DNA of 64,000 nt from Puteibacter caeruleilacunae (GTDB taxonomy: Bacteria; Bacteroidota; Bacteroidia; Bacteroidales; Prolixibacteraceae), in NCBI GenBank assembly GCA_005217565.1, contig SJCO01000011.1:41070-105069 (forward strand). Reading direction: 5' to 3'. The notes beneath the pieces are model-generated. The model saw nothing but the letters and a program-made list of their open reading frames with translations, searched no databases and was not told the origin of the DNA. Positions 39,160 to 49,813 of the stretch are shown one piece after another. Both the position numbers and the translations under genes were made by a program. Position 1 is the first letter of the stretch. Each line of letters begins with the position of its first letter.

Positions 39160-39822
39160 TTAGAATTTAATTTTATATCCCACACTGATAATATGTCGGT
39201 TCAAGTATTCTTTCATGTAGTAATCGAACTTATAGCTGATTCCGATATAATTCTTTTTGAACAGTTTATAATTTGCACCAATTGCGTATCTTGTTTTGAA
39301 CAATTCACCTTCACTTATATCCTGAAAAAGCTGCACCGCTACAAATGGTGTGATTTTGCAATCTTTGATATCGTATTTTAATCCAGCCTTGTAACGCAAA
39401 AAGTTTTTATCATCTATATCATCGTCGGCGTAATTACTATACATAACTCGCAATGATGGTTCTAACCGCCCAACCTCTTTCTCTAAGGCACAGAAAATTG
39501 CATACCTTCCAGAATATTCTGTGTCCTTATTGTCGCGAAGATTGCTTACTAAACCATAAGACGTTCCAATCGACAGCAAATCGGTTGTTTTGTATTCAAT
39601 CTCTCCTTCCAAAAGATATTTATCAAGCGAGAAATCCTCTTCAAAACGAAACTCTGGTGTAATGGTAAGCTTAACTTTTTTGAAAGGCTTAAAACTTAAA
39701 TCAACCTTAGTCCTTGTTTGAAATTCATTTTCAGTCTCCTGTGCCCTCAAGTTCACCCCTGGTAGAAGCATCAACATCACCAGTATTCCTCTTAATATTG
39801 TTTTTATATTCTGTCTCATCAT
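39160..39822 (-). CDS. Outer-membrane beta-barrel protein (DUF2490-like)
   Basis: Signal peptide, alternating-hydrophobic beta strands and a C-terminal aromatic residue (…GYKIKF). Confidence 0.55.
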   Translation of the reverse strand: MMRQNIKTILRGILVMLMLLPGVNLRAQETENEFQTRTKVDLSFKPFKKVKLTITPEFRFEEDFSLDKYLLEGEIEYKTTDLLSIGTSYGLVSNLRDNKDTEYSGRYAIFCALEKEVGRLEPSLRVMYSNYADDDIDDKNFLRYKAGLKYDIKDCKITPFVAVQLFQDISEGELFKTRYAIGANYKLFKKNYIGISYKFDYYMKEYLNRHIISVGYKIKF

Positions 39823-39875
39823 TTAAAAGATTATTAGATTTTAAAATTTCCTAATTGAATAAAACCTCAAATCAC

Positions 39876-40595
39876 TCACTCTTCAGACTTTGGGCTATAT
39901 TTCCCGTTCACATTGAAATACAGAATGATCTCAGCCACATCTTTTAGGAAATCAATCTTCTGAATCTCATAGCGCTTAATTTTTATTCCTGTGCGTTTGC
40001 GCAGATCGTCAAGTAGTGCGTCATCATTATCTGCATGTATATTTTCAATCTTATCGTAGATCAGTTTTATAGACCCCTCCTGCTTAAGCATCAGTCGTTT
40101 CTCAAGTAACCATAAGCCACAAACAATAGCAGCATTGGTAAAAATCAATTCAACGTAACTTACCTTTTTATTGGCGAGTGCATTGATTACTGAAATGCCA
40201 ATAACAATGAACAAGTAGGTCATTTCTTTAATCGGAATAGCATCAGTACGGTAGCGTATAATTCCAAAAATAGCAAACAGCCCTAATGCAAATCCCAGTT
40301 CCAGTTTTACACTATTTAGCAGGAAACTCAATAGGAACACCACCGTACCAACCGACAGAAAGCTGAAGTAAAAGTCTTTACGCCTACTGTTTTTCGCATA
40401 CATGTAATGCACCACCAGGAAGCTCACAAAGAGGTTCAGTGTTAATCGGACTAACAGCTCGGAGAAATCTCCAACATTAATAATTTTAATTCCTAAGAAG
40501 CGTAAATTTTCTTCCCAATTGGCTAATTCGGCCAAGTTTGTATTAGGTATGCTTAATGTTCGTAATGTATCGATAGTTGTTTCTTTATCAGTCAT
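39876..40595 (-). CDS. DUF4956-like integral membrane protein
   Basis: Multiple TM helices, 239 aa. It is adjacent to the VTC-domain gene, which is a conserved pairing. Confidence 0.5.
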   Translation of the reverse strand: MTDKETTIDTLRTLSIPNTNLAELANWEENLRFLGIKIINVGDFSELLVRLTLNLFVSFLVVHYMYAKNSRRKDFYFSFLSVGTVVFLLSFLLNSVKLELGFALGLFAIFGIIRYRTDAIPIKEMTYLFIVIGISVINALANKKVSYVELIFTNAAIVCGLWLLEKRLMLKQEGSIKLIYDKIENIHADNDDALLDDLRKRTGIKIKRYEIQKIDFLKDVAEIILYFNVNGKYSPKSEE

Positions 40596-40605
40596 GGTCT
40601 AAATT

Positions 40606-41472
40606 TTAAATGTTGTACAAACTCCTATGGGTATGTATCGTTTTTTCAATCATTCTTATCTTGTGCTTAAAAGCATTCCTCTTTAAGGAAGGATCGGTTA
40701 CAGCGCGACCAATGCAGTATTTACTAAATCCTGATGTTTTAATGCGATGATCACGTAAAGCCCGCGCCAAGGGAGATGTCGATGATGAACCTTCTGTTTT
40801 AATCTCAACAATCACTAAATCATCGAGTACTATATTCTGGCTATCAATTTTAAACTGTAGGTTCAGGTCGATGGTACATCGTTCTCTAAAATTCTTATTT
40901 ACAAGTGTTATGCGAGAGAAGCTATTGGTTAAAGAAGGCTTCAATTCTGATACTGAAAATGGAGTAAGTTCATCTAAAAACAAATTCTCTTTCTCCGTGA
41001 AATTATTCTCATCAAACACACTAGGAATACGTTCCTTTATAGTTCGCCCTTTATTATTCTTAAATTTCACCTCCAAAAAACTCACACCATTAAGCACATA
41101 ACTTCGTCGCCTGATTTTATACCGATTTAATTTACCACTATGATGAGCAGCAAACATCTTGTTTTCTTCTGTATCGTAATAAATTGTAGAATAAGGCAAG
41201 GCAACCTCTCCATTCATATTTAACATGTAATAGTAATGATGAACATCATTCAGCAAAGCCTCCAAATGCTTTATGTGAAACCAATACTTGGTATCGGTGC
41301 GATTCATCAACCTTACCTTATCCATCTCCTCCAAATGAATGGGATCAAATATATTTGTCTTCGCTATCATCATTATTTTATTTATTAGCTCCTGAATTAT
41401 TAATCTCATCATGAAATTATTACTGATAAGAGTGGATAGAAAACGAAATCGACGAATTGGAAGATTTTCCAA
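40606..41472 (-). CDS. VTC-domain (CYTH-like, polyphosphate polymerase-type) protein
   Basis: Conserved basic/acidic tunnel residues (YKIRRRSY…EVKFK…ERIP), 288 aa. I see no signal peptide. Confidence 0.6.
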   Translation of the reverse strand: MENLPIRRFRFLSTLISNNFMMRLIIQELINKIMMIAKTNIFDPIHLEEMDKVRLMNRTDTKYWFHIKHLEALLNDVHHYYYMLNMNGEVALPYSTIYYDTEENKMFAAHHSGKLNRYKIRRRSYVLNGVSFLEVKFKNNKGRTIKERIPSVFDENNFTEKENLFLDELTPFSVSELKPSLTNSFSRITLVNKNFRERCTIDLNLQFKIDSQNIVLDDLVIVEIKTEGSSSTSPLARALRDHRIKTSGFSKYCIGRAVTDPSLKRNAFKHKIRMIEKTIHTHRSLYNI

Positions 41473-41589
41473 ACGAATTGGAAGTTTATTTCTAGGAGTA
41501 ATTTATAGAGGGAAAGCAATTTCCAGTAATACAAAGATCAATAGACAAAGAGTTCGCAAATTCTTGAATAATTCTGCATGCCTTTTACT

Positions 41590-41800
41590 GTAGACTATTA
41601 TTGAGAAGAGCTTACCCCAACTTCGGGTCAAACTTTCTACAAGCTCCTCCAAATTCTCTACAAAACTCTACAAAGTATAGCCAAATACCTAGGTACTCCT
41701 ATAGCATTTCGCATGTTGGTATAAGGAGGGGGCAAGGAGGGGCTAAGGACAAACCCTCCTCAAGGCGTCATCAAAATGAAACAATTAATGTGAAAATGGA
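41590..41800 (-). repeat. Non-coding element, copy 2, in inverted orientation relative to copy 1
   Basis: Reverse-complement alignment by eye. CCTTAGCCCCTCCTTGCCCCCTCCTTA aligns with CCTTACCCCCTCCTTACTCC. CTTTGTAGAGTTTTGTAGAGAATTTGG aligns with CTCTAGAACTTTGTAGAGAATCGG. GTTTGACC is also shared. Confidence 0.5.
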
Positions 41801-41833
41801 ACCTAGCAGATAGCCCAGAAAAACATAAGACAG

Positions 41834-42547
41834 TTACTTAAGAAAACGATTATCAAGGAAATCCTGGAAAGCATCTTTATATTGTTCACTAATGGGAATA
41901 TAATCCTTATCGAAGACAATGCGATTACGCTCTATAGTAGTGATTTTATTAAGATTAACGATATATGAACGATGTACCCTCATAAAATCCTTATTCGGAA
42001 GAAAGTCTTCCATCTTTTTCAATCCCATCAGCGCCATCACTGGCTTTTGACTATCCATATGAATACGCACATAGTCACGCATACTCTCAATGAAAGTAAT
42101 GTTATTAAAATCGATACGAACAATCTTATATTCCGATTTAATGAATAAGTATTGGTCGTTATTTTCAACTGTTTCTGAGGCTTCGCTTTTAACAAAGAAA
42201 CGTTCCCTTGTTTTTGTTACAGATTTAAGGAAATCGGCATAACCAATAGGCTTAACCAGATAATCAGCTGCATCTACCTGGAATCCCTGATAAGCATACT
42301 CGTGATAAGCCGTAATAAAGATCACCTTTACTGATGAAGAAAGAGATTTTACAAAATCCATCCCTGAAAGATCAGGCATATTGATATCCACAAACATTAG
42401 ATCGACCTCATTAGTCTGCAGAAATTCCATAGCCCTTATGGCACTATTAAAAGACCTCTCCAATTGTAAAAAAGGAGTTTTCCCTATATAGCTTTCTATT
42501 TGCTTTAACGCTAAGGGTTCATCATCTATGGCAATACAACGAATCAT
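41834..42547 (-). CDS. LytTR-family response regulator
   Basis: Receiver domain (IAIDDEPLAL…DLMFVDINMPDLSG) plus a C-terminal LytTR DNA-binding domain. Confidence 0.85.
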   Translation of the reverse strand: MIRCIAIDDEPLALKQIESYIGKTPFLQLERSFNSAIRAMEFLQTNEVDLMFVDINMPDLSGMDFVKSLSSSVKVIFITAYHEYAYQGFQVDAADYLVKPIGYADFLKSVTKTRERFFVKSEASETVENNDQYLFIKSEYKIVRIDFNNITFIESMRDYVRIHMDSQKPVMALMGLKKMEDFLPNKDFMRVHRSYIVNLNKITTIERNRIVFDKDYIPISEQYKDAFQDFLDNRFLK

Positions 42548-43632
42548 AATGGGATGTTTAAGTTTACCGTGAATACTTTATCTTCAATCTGATTTATATT
42601 CAAATCGTAATCATCTTCATAAATCAATGCCAACCTTTTTTGGATATTCTGTAATCCGATACCAGAATTAGCATTTCCAGCTTGTCTTGTATTTACAGTA
42701 TTCTCTATCTTGAAAAACATTCGCTTCGCTGTAAAAGCATAATTTATGTGAATATATGATGATTTCTCATAGCTAATACCGTGCTTAAATGCGTTCTCTA
42801 GAAACGAGATTGTCAGCAATGGAGGAACAGCAATATCAGGAAGTATTTCTGGAATATTTAGCTTAATTTCAACCTCTTCTGAAAATCGCAGTCTCATTAA
42901 CTCAACATAGCTTTTCACAAATTCTATTTCTCGATGAATTGATATTGTGCTGGCTTGTGATTCATAAAGCATGTAAGCCATCATCTTCGAAAGTCGAATT
43001 ATAGCATCTTTTGCCTCTTCTGTATTAATATCAACCAGCGCATGGATATTATTCAAGGTATTCATGAAGAAATGCGGGCTAATCTGATTTTGTAGAAACG
43101 CCATCTTATTCTCTACATTTTCTTTTTCCAGGATAATCTTATTCTGCTCAGCCTGTAACCATTTTCCAGCAAAAGTAAGTCCTACATCAAATCCTATCAA
43201 CAGAATGCTTATAACAAGCAAATTAGCAAAAGGAGGAACAACACCAGCTGGTCCACCACCAGGAGGCCGCATTGGCACATTTCGGCCTCCCAATGGAGGC
43301 TTCATATCCATTGGAGGCCTTATCTCTACTGTTCCAAACTGATAAATGGTCACAACAAGCAGAATTAAAACTCCAATAACACTTACAAAGTACAACACCC
43401 GCTTTCCTTTCAAGAATAAATGTGGAAACAATAGCAAATGGTTGATCAAAAATACGATAAACACCAATCCATACTCAATCCACATTTTAAAAACATGTCT
43501 CCATTGGATATCCTCCTGATATCCACTAAACAATAAAGGAAATGCGAAGATTAGAATCCATACAAATGAGATTATTTGAAGTTGAATTCTGTCAAAATTT
43601 GTATTTGTTCTTATGTGCGTCACCATCTTCAT
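42544..43632 (-). CDS. LytS-type sensor histidine kinase (His_kinase family) with a Pro-rich inter-helix loop
   Basis: TM helices in the N-terminal half. H-box LQNQISPHFFMNTLNNIHAL. It overlaps the RR gene by 4 nt. Confidence 0.8.
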   Translation of the reverse strand: MKMVTHIRTNTNFDRIQLQIISFVWILIFAFPLLFSGYQEDIQWRHVFKMWIEYGLVFIVFLINHLLLFPHLFLKGKRVLYFVSVIGVLILLVVTIYQFGTVEIRPPMDMKPPLGGRNVPMRPPGGGPAGVVPPFANLLVISILLIGFDVGLTFAGKWLQAEQNKIILEKENVENKMAFLQNQISPHFFMNTLNNIHALVDINTEEAKDAIIRLSKMMAYMLYESQASTISIHREIEFVKSYVELMRLRFSEEVEIKLNIPEILPDIAVPPLLTISFLENAFKHGISYEKSSYIHINYAFTAKRMFFKIENTVNTRQAGNANSGIGLQNIQKRLALIYEDDYDLNINQIEDKVFTVNLNIPL

Positions 43633-43879
43633 GTAAATGTATGCTTTTTAAGTTAAATTTTCCAGTGTTACTGGTTCAACTTTGCCATTCCTAAGTATTC
43701 TATAAAATTAAAGAAAGCAGTTACTATAGGCACGAAAAAGCAAAATCGACGAAATTGAAGATTTCATCGGCAGAAAATAAAATTGGTCTGACCAGCCTTT
43801 TGAAGATGAATTAGGCATAAAAAAATCGGGACGCATGATGATTTTCATAACGTCCCGACTGTGCAATTATGGGTGATTA

Positions 43880-45460
43880 TTATTTTTTTAGCTTCTTCTT
43901 TTTAAGATAGCGATCTAAGTTCTGCTCATCCAACTCATCACTGTCGCCATACTTCTTTCTGATGTCAATAAGCTTTTTATGCATCTCTTTTTGTACGTCA
44001 GCATACTTTGGATTGTCGTAAAGATTATTCATTTCTGAAGGATCATTCTTCAGATCATACAATTCCCATGTATCCGAATCATAATAAAAATGAATCAACT
44101 TATAGCGATCGGTACGGATACCATGATGACGTTGCACGTTGTGCTCTCCTGGATACTCATAATAGGTATAGTAGATAGCATCTCTCCAATCATCGCTCTT
44201 ACCGGAAACAACTTCACGGAACGATTCTCCCTGAATATCGGCAGGAATAGGCGTATTCGCGTAATCAAGGAATGTTGGAGCAAAATCAAGGTTCTGAATC
44301 AACTCATCAACAACAGTACCAGGCTTAATCTCTTTAGGATAACGCATCAACATAGGCGTACGGAACGACTCCTCATACATAAAACGTTTGTCGAACCAAC
44401 CATGCTCTCCCAAGTAGAAACCTTGATCAGAAGTATACACAACAATCGTGTTTTCAGCTAATCCAGCTTCATCAAGATAATTCAACACCTCACCTACACC
44501 ATCGTCAACCGACTGGATAGTAGCCAGATAATCTCGCATATAGCGATTAAATTTCCACAATGCTAACTCTTTTCCTTCTAGTTTAGCCTCTTTAAATTCC
44601 TTTATCAAAGGCTTATAATGCGCATCCCATGCAGCTCTCTGCTCATCATCCATACGGTTATACATATTCTGAGCAAACCTACGGTACTTAGTCTGTATAT
44701 CCCCTTCTTCATCAAGCATTTTCAAGTCATAAACCAAATCCATATGCTCGAAAATACCCATCTCATGCTCTGCAGCTACAGGTCGGTTTTCGTAATTATC
44801 GAAGAAGTTAGCAGGAGGAGTAAATGTTGTATCATCAAACAAGTCAAGATACTTCTTCTCAGGCATCCATGTACGGTGAGGAGCTTTTTGATGATAAAGC
44901 ATCATAAATGGCTTATTTTGATCGCGCTTATTCTTCAGCCAATCCATAGCGATATCAGTTGTAATATGTGTACAATAGCCATGATAACGCTTTTTAACAC
45001 CATTCTCAATAAAATCAGGATTATAATATTGTCCCTGCCCTGGCAACACATTCGAATAATCGAAACCTTGAGGTAAACCATCGATATGAATCTTACCAAT
45101 CATAGCAGTCTGATAACCTGCTTTTTGAAGTTGTTTAGCAAAGTTATCCTGATTCCAGTCGAACGCCTGCACATTGTCGACCTTACCATTTTTAAAACTG
45201 TGCTTACCTGTAAGCATTACAGCACGACTAGGAGCACAAATAGAGTTGGTAACATAACCACGAGTAAAGATTGCCCCTTCTTTTGCAATACGATCGATAT
45301 TTGGGGTATTGTTCAATTGATGTCCATAAGCACTGATTGCTTGATAAGCATGATCGTCGCTCATGATGAAGAGAATGTTAGGCTGCTTCACTTCTTGTTC
45401 CGCTTTCTGCTGACAGGAACATAATGAAGCAACACATGCAAGTCCGATAATAGATCTCAT
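43880..45460 (-). CDS. Sulfatase (Cys-type formylglycine enzyme), lipoprotein
   Basis: Signature CAPSRAVMLTGKH, a signal peptide with Cys, 526 aa. Confidence 0.85.
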   Translation of the reverse strand: MRSIIGLACVASLCSCQQKAEQEVKQPNILFIMSDDHAYQAISAYGHQLNNTPNIDRIAKEGAIFTRGYVTNSICAPSRAVMLTGKHSFKNGKVDNVQAFDWNQDNFAKQLQKAGYQTAMIGKIHIDGLPQGFDYSNVLPGQGQYYNPDFIENGVKKRYHGYCTHITTDIAMDWLKNKRDQNKPFMMLYHQKAPHRTWMPEKKYLDLFDDTTFTPPANFFDNYENRPVAAEHEMGIFEHMDLVYDLKMLDEEGDIQTKYRRFAQNMYNRMDDEQRAAWDAHYKPLIKEFKEAKLEGKELALWKFNRYMRDYLATIQSVDDGVGEVLNYLDEAGLAENTIVVYTSDQGFYLGEHGWFDKRFMYEESFRTPMLMRYPKEIKPGTVVDELIQNLDFAPTFLDYANTPIPADIQGESFREVVSGKSDDWRDAIYYTYYEYPGEHNVQRHHGIRTDRYKLIHFYYDSDTWELYDLKNDPSEMNNLYDNPKYADVQKEMHKKLIDIRKKYGDSDELDEQNLDRYLKKKKLKK

Positions 45461-45693
45461 AGTATAAATATGATATTAGTTAAAATTCCATAAGGTTATT
45501 AAATACCTGTTTTCTTTAGTTCAAAGTTGCGATTTTAGTAGATTACACAACCTTAAAATCATACAATCCATATTAAAAATTGTACAACACCCTAAAACAT
45601 TGAAAATAAAGCAAATTCAGCAAACCCCAAAATCAAACTTCTAATATCTATTGGTCTATTTCACACCTAATTCCCAATTAGTGCCCCAAAAAT

Positions 45694-48600
45694 TTACTTC
45701 TCTCTATACTGCGAAGGAGTCATGGAAAAGTATTTCTTGAAGACAGTACTAAAATAACTCTGATCAGAAAATCCACATCCAATGGCAATCTCTGTCACAC
45801 TCTTATTGGTCTCCATTAATAACTGCGAAGCACGACGCATTCTAACATGAAGAATAAACTCGTTAATGGTCTTGCCAGTTATTGCTTTCGTTTTATTATA
45901 AACCAGCGTACGACTCATACCAATTCCCTCAACAAAATCAGCAACACCAAAATTTGAATTCTCCATATTCATCTCTACAATACTTATGGCCTTATGTAAG
46001 AATTTTTCATCTTCATGACTTGGACTTATCTCTTCCGGCTTTAAATCCAACTCATGACCAAAACGCTCTTTCAGCAACCTTCTGTTGCGTAATATTGCCT
46101 CAAGCTGCGACAGCAAGATATTATTGTCGAAAGGTTTTTCCACATAGGCATCGGCCCCTATTTTATAACCTTTTAGTTTATGCTCGGTCTGCGATTTAGC
46201 GGTGAGCAAAACAACTGGAGTATGACTTATACGTAAATCTCCTTTCACTCTCTCGCAAAGCTCATAACCATCCATTACAGGCATCATCACATCCGATAAA
46301 ATAACGTCAGGAACTCTTTCCAAGGCAAGTTCAAGCGCCTGTTTTCCATTACCAGCCTCTACAACCTGAAAATGATCTTTCAGAAATTGCATTAAATATT
46401 GACGCAACTCCCACTCATCTTCAACAACCAATATTATAGGTTTACTCTCGCTACTTCCCTCATCTGGAGAAGCATCCACAATATCATGATGCACAATTTC
46501 ATGCACAGTCTCTTCGGTTTCCTGTTTAACCACTTTCTTCGACACCTCATTCAACGGTAGATACACGGTAAATGTAGTATGTTCACCTAATATACTATCA
46601 ACTTCGATTGTTCCTCCATGCAGCTCCACCAATTTTTTGGTATAAGCCATTCCAATGCCCGTACCTGTCTCGGTATAATCAGCCATGTAAAAGCGGTCAA
46701 ATATACTTGCCAATTTATCTTTAGCAATACCCATACCTGTATCTTTTACCGAGATAACAACACCTTCCTTTTCTCCTTTGCGAACATCCAAAACTATCTC
46801 ATCATCTTTACTAGTATGTTTCAACGCGTTACTCAATAAATTAAAGAGAATCTTGTACAACTTATCACGGTCGTAGACAAATTGATAAGAAGAAGAAAAC
46901 GACATTAAAGACATGTCAATACCCTCTATTTCTGTTTGATGTTTGAAATGATTAATCACTTCCGAACAATCCTCAATAAGATCAGTCTGCTCAAAGTAAA
47001 GCTCCAATGCCGACATCTCTGCTTTTCGAAACTCAAGCAACTGTGTGATCAACAAACTCATGCGTTTGGCATTGCGATAAAGAAAAGGAAATAGTCGCGT
47101 GATTTCATCCATCTTACGATCACCCCTTACAAAATGCTCCAACGGTCCAAGAATCAGCGTTAAAGGAGTCTTCAGCTCATGCGAAATATTTGTAAAGAAA
47201 CGTAGTTTCATTTGATTAATTTCCTTCAACTTATCCTGCTCTAGTTTCTCAAGGGCCAGCTGATTCTTAAGCTTTACACGATTCAGACTCTCCATCCAAA
47301 CCACAACAACAATTAAGATGATAATCAATACACAAGTAATCTTAAACCACAAGGTTTGATACCACGCAGGCAAAATAGTCAAGAAAACATCGGTAGTCCG
47401 TTCTCCCATTATACCATTCTGATTAGTAGCCTTCACCTTAAAGATGTAATTCCCTGGCCTAAGGTTAGTATAGTTAGCCTGTTGGAAATTACCATGATAC
47501 CAGATATCATCAAAGTTCTCTAATTTATAGGCATACTCTGTATGCTCTTCATCAAGAAAACTAAATGTACTAAACTGAAAATTATAAGTAGTAGGTGAAT
47601 ACTTAAGCTCCACACTCACCGAATCAGTTACATTAAGGGCAAGCAGCTTGCTCTCTTTTGCATTATCGATAATAGCATTGCTTGTAACCGATGAAATTGT
47701 AACGGTAGACTCAACATCGTCGAACTCAATCTTCTCAGGATTAAATACTGTTAGACCATTATTGTTCCCCATATACAGCAATCCATTTGAAGCAAGTTTC
47801 ACTGAACCATGCCGGAATTCACTTCCTCCAACTTCTCCAAGCTTATTTACTTCCCTCACGTTAATCGAAGACTCTAACCGATCAATCCTAGCTAATCCCT
47901 TGGTTGTTCCGGCCCAAATCTCCCCCTTCGAGTTACAAAAAAGCGAGTGAAATACCCGATGGATTCTATCTTTATCTCCAAAGAGATCACTAATCCCTTT
48001 ATCCTGCTCGTTGTATTGGTACAAACTATTTCCTGCCGCAAAGATCAAATTACCATTGTGATCTTCATCAACACCATAAATCTTATCCCGAATTTCTTCC
48101 GAATTCCTTAGGTTAACCTCATCTATGAATCTATTCTGCGTCAACGAAAAACCTATCAATCCCTTTTCTGCACAAAACCATATCTCATCATCGTTCACCT
48201 GCGTCGCACTTGTATAAGGCTGTGGGAACTTAAAACGCTTTAATGCATTAGCATTTTTCAACGGATGAGAAATCGATCCTGTTAAAGGATTTATTCGTGC
48301 CAGATCCTTCCAGGATGCAATCCACACATGCTTTGAAGCATCCTCAAACACTCTTATCAATCCTTCATCAGATATATGCTTCAGCACAGGATGCTTACCG
48401 GCAGGTATAAATTGCCTGGTACGCTTGTTGAATAGAAATGCCCCTTTGAGATAGGTGGCCACCAGCAAGTAATCGTTAGTATAGTTTACAATGGTGGTGA
48501 TTTTCATTATATCAGGATGAAAATAGCTTGAAAACGATTCTTCTTTAACATTATATCGCTTCAATCCACCACCATCAGTGCCTAACCATATAATCCCATC

Positions 48601-49659
48601 CTCATCTTCTGTTATTGAGTTTACTGAATACGTAATAGAGCCAGACTCAGGCCCCATTAGATTTCGAAACTCCCTAAATTGAGACTCTTTCATAATCACG
48701 ATCCCTGCCCTGACAGTTCCAAGGATCGTGGTATTATTATCATGAAAATACAAGTTACGAATAGCGTTATCAGGAAGAATACCATTCACTCCTACGCCCG
48801 ACTGGATATGTTGTACCAAATTCAGTTCTTCATCAAAAACAAATATCCCTTCGCCATCAGTATTTAACCAAAGATTCTTTTTAAAGTGATTACAAGAAAT
48901 GCCTAGTACAATTGGTCGATTTAGCTGCTCTAACACTCCAGGAATCTGTTTTATCACCTTCCCTTTTGCTGAGATATTAAAGATATTGTCTGCAGTAGCT
49001 ACATACAATCCATTCTCGCCCTTACAAAGTCCGACAATAGGTTCATCTTGCGAATGCCACATTCGTCTTATCTTCAGACTGGTTTTATTCAGCATGTATA
49101 CTTCACGCTTTCTGGAAACTAACGCAAACCTATTATCATCGTACTCAACGATATCATCAACGTGCTTCAGTGTTTCATTTAAGTTTGACGATATTGTCTC
49201 AACAATCCTCTCTCTCTTATCAACCTTAACAATATCATTGTCAGCATCAAATATCCATATATACTTAGTATCCTCAAGTACTTTAACCGATCCCTGATGA
49301 TTAATATCAATTGGAAGTGCATAAAACTGATCAGTAGCATAATCATATGAGCAAATACCATTAGCTGTCACTATCCATAACTCACCAGATTCACTCTTAA
49401 AGATATCGTCTATTTCATTAGCCAGAATAGAACAAGAGTCACCCGGTATATGATAGTAATTATGTATCTCTCTTCCATCGTATCTATTCAGACCGTGCGA
49501 AGTTCCAATCCACATATTACCAATTTGATCAACACAAATGGCTTGAACCGTATTCTTTGAAAGACCTTCCAAACAAGATATTTGTTTAATATCAAACGCA
49601 TTAGACCAGCTTTCAAAGCCAAACAAAACAACAAGGATAATTACGTAAAAAAATCTCAT
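45694..49659 (-). CDS. Hybrid two-component system regulator (periplasmic beta-propeller/Y_Y_Y sensor, HisKA, HATPase, receiver, AraC HTH)
   Basis: 1321 aa. H-box ISHELKTPLTLI. The receiver has D at VILSDVMMPVMDGYEL. The C-terminal AraC-type HTH is (…GFSDQSYFSTVFKKYF). Confidence 0.9.
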   Translation of the reverse strand: MRFFYVIILVVLFGFESWSNAFDIKQISCLEGLSKNTVQAICVDQIGNMWIGTSHGLNRYDGREIHNYYHIPGDSCSILANEIDDIFKSESGELWIVTANGICSYDYATDQFYALPIDINHQGSVKVLEDTKYIWIFDADNDIVKVDKRERIVETISSNLNETLKHVDDIVEYDDNRFALVSRKREVYMLNKTSLKIRRMWHSQDEPIVGLCKGENGLYVATADNIFNISAKGKVIKQIPGVLEQLNRPIVLGISCNHFKKNLWLNTDGEGIFVFDEELNLVQHIQSGVGVNGILPDNAIRNLYFHDNNTTILGTVRAGIVIMKESQFREFRNLMGPESGSITYSVNSITEDEDGIIWLGTDGGGLKRYNVKEESFSSYFHPDIMKITTIVNYTNDYLLVATYLKGAFLFNKRTRQFIPAGKHPVLKHISDEGLIRVFEDASKHVWIASWKDLARINPLTGSISHPLKNANALKRFKFPQPYTSATQVNDDEIWFCAEKGLIGFSLTQNRFIDEVNLRNSEEIRDKIYGVDEDHNGNLIFAAGNSLYQYNEQDKGISDLFGDKDRIHRVFHSLFCNSKGEIWAGTTKGLARIDRLESSINVREVNKLGEVGGSEFRHGSVKLASNGLLYMGNNNGLTVFNPEKIEFDDVESTVTISSVTSNAIIDNAKESKLLALNVTDSVSVELKYSPTTYNFQFSTFSFLDEEHTEYAYKLENFDDIWYHGNFQQANYTNLRPGNYIFKVKATNQNGIMGERTTDVFLTILPAWYQTLWFKITCVLIIILIVVVVWMESLNRVKLKNQLALEKLEQDKLKEINQMKLRFFTNISHELKTPLTLILGPLEHFVRGDRKMDEITRLFPFLYRNAKRMSLLITQLLEFRKAEMSALELYFEQTDLIEDCSEVINHFKHQTEIEGIDMSLMSFSSSYQFVYDRDKLYKILFNLLSNALKHTSKDDEIVLDVRKGEKEGVVISVKDTGMGIAKDKLASIFDRFYMADYTETGTGIGMAYTKKLVELHGGTIEVDSILGEHTTFTVYLPLNEVSKKVVKQETEETVHEIVHHDIVDASPDEGSSESKPIILVVEDEWELRQYLMQFLKDHFQVVEAGNGKQALELALERVPDVILSDVMMPVMDGYELCERVKGDLRISHTPVVLLTAKSQTEHKLKGYKIGADAYVEKPFDNNILLSQLEAILRNRRLLKERFGHELDLKPEEISPSHEDEKFLHKAISIVEMNMENSNFGVADFVEGIGMSRTLVYNKTKAITGKTINEFILHVRMRRASQLLMETNKSVTEIAIGCGFSDQSYFSTVFKKYFSMTPSQYREK

Positions 49660-49813
49660 ACTGATTACAGTTAGAACAGCAGACTATATTAACAATAAAT
49701 CTGCAACCTAACGAATAATATGCCTTTTTTTTTACTCTTGTCCTGCCGGACGGTCTCTCATTTTTGGCTTGCCCCAAAAACGAGACAAAAAGGGCAAAGC
49801 TGCCCTTTTCCTT

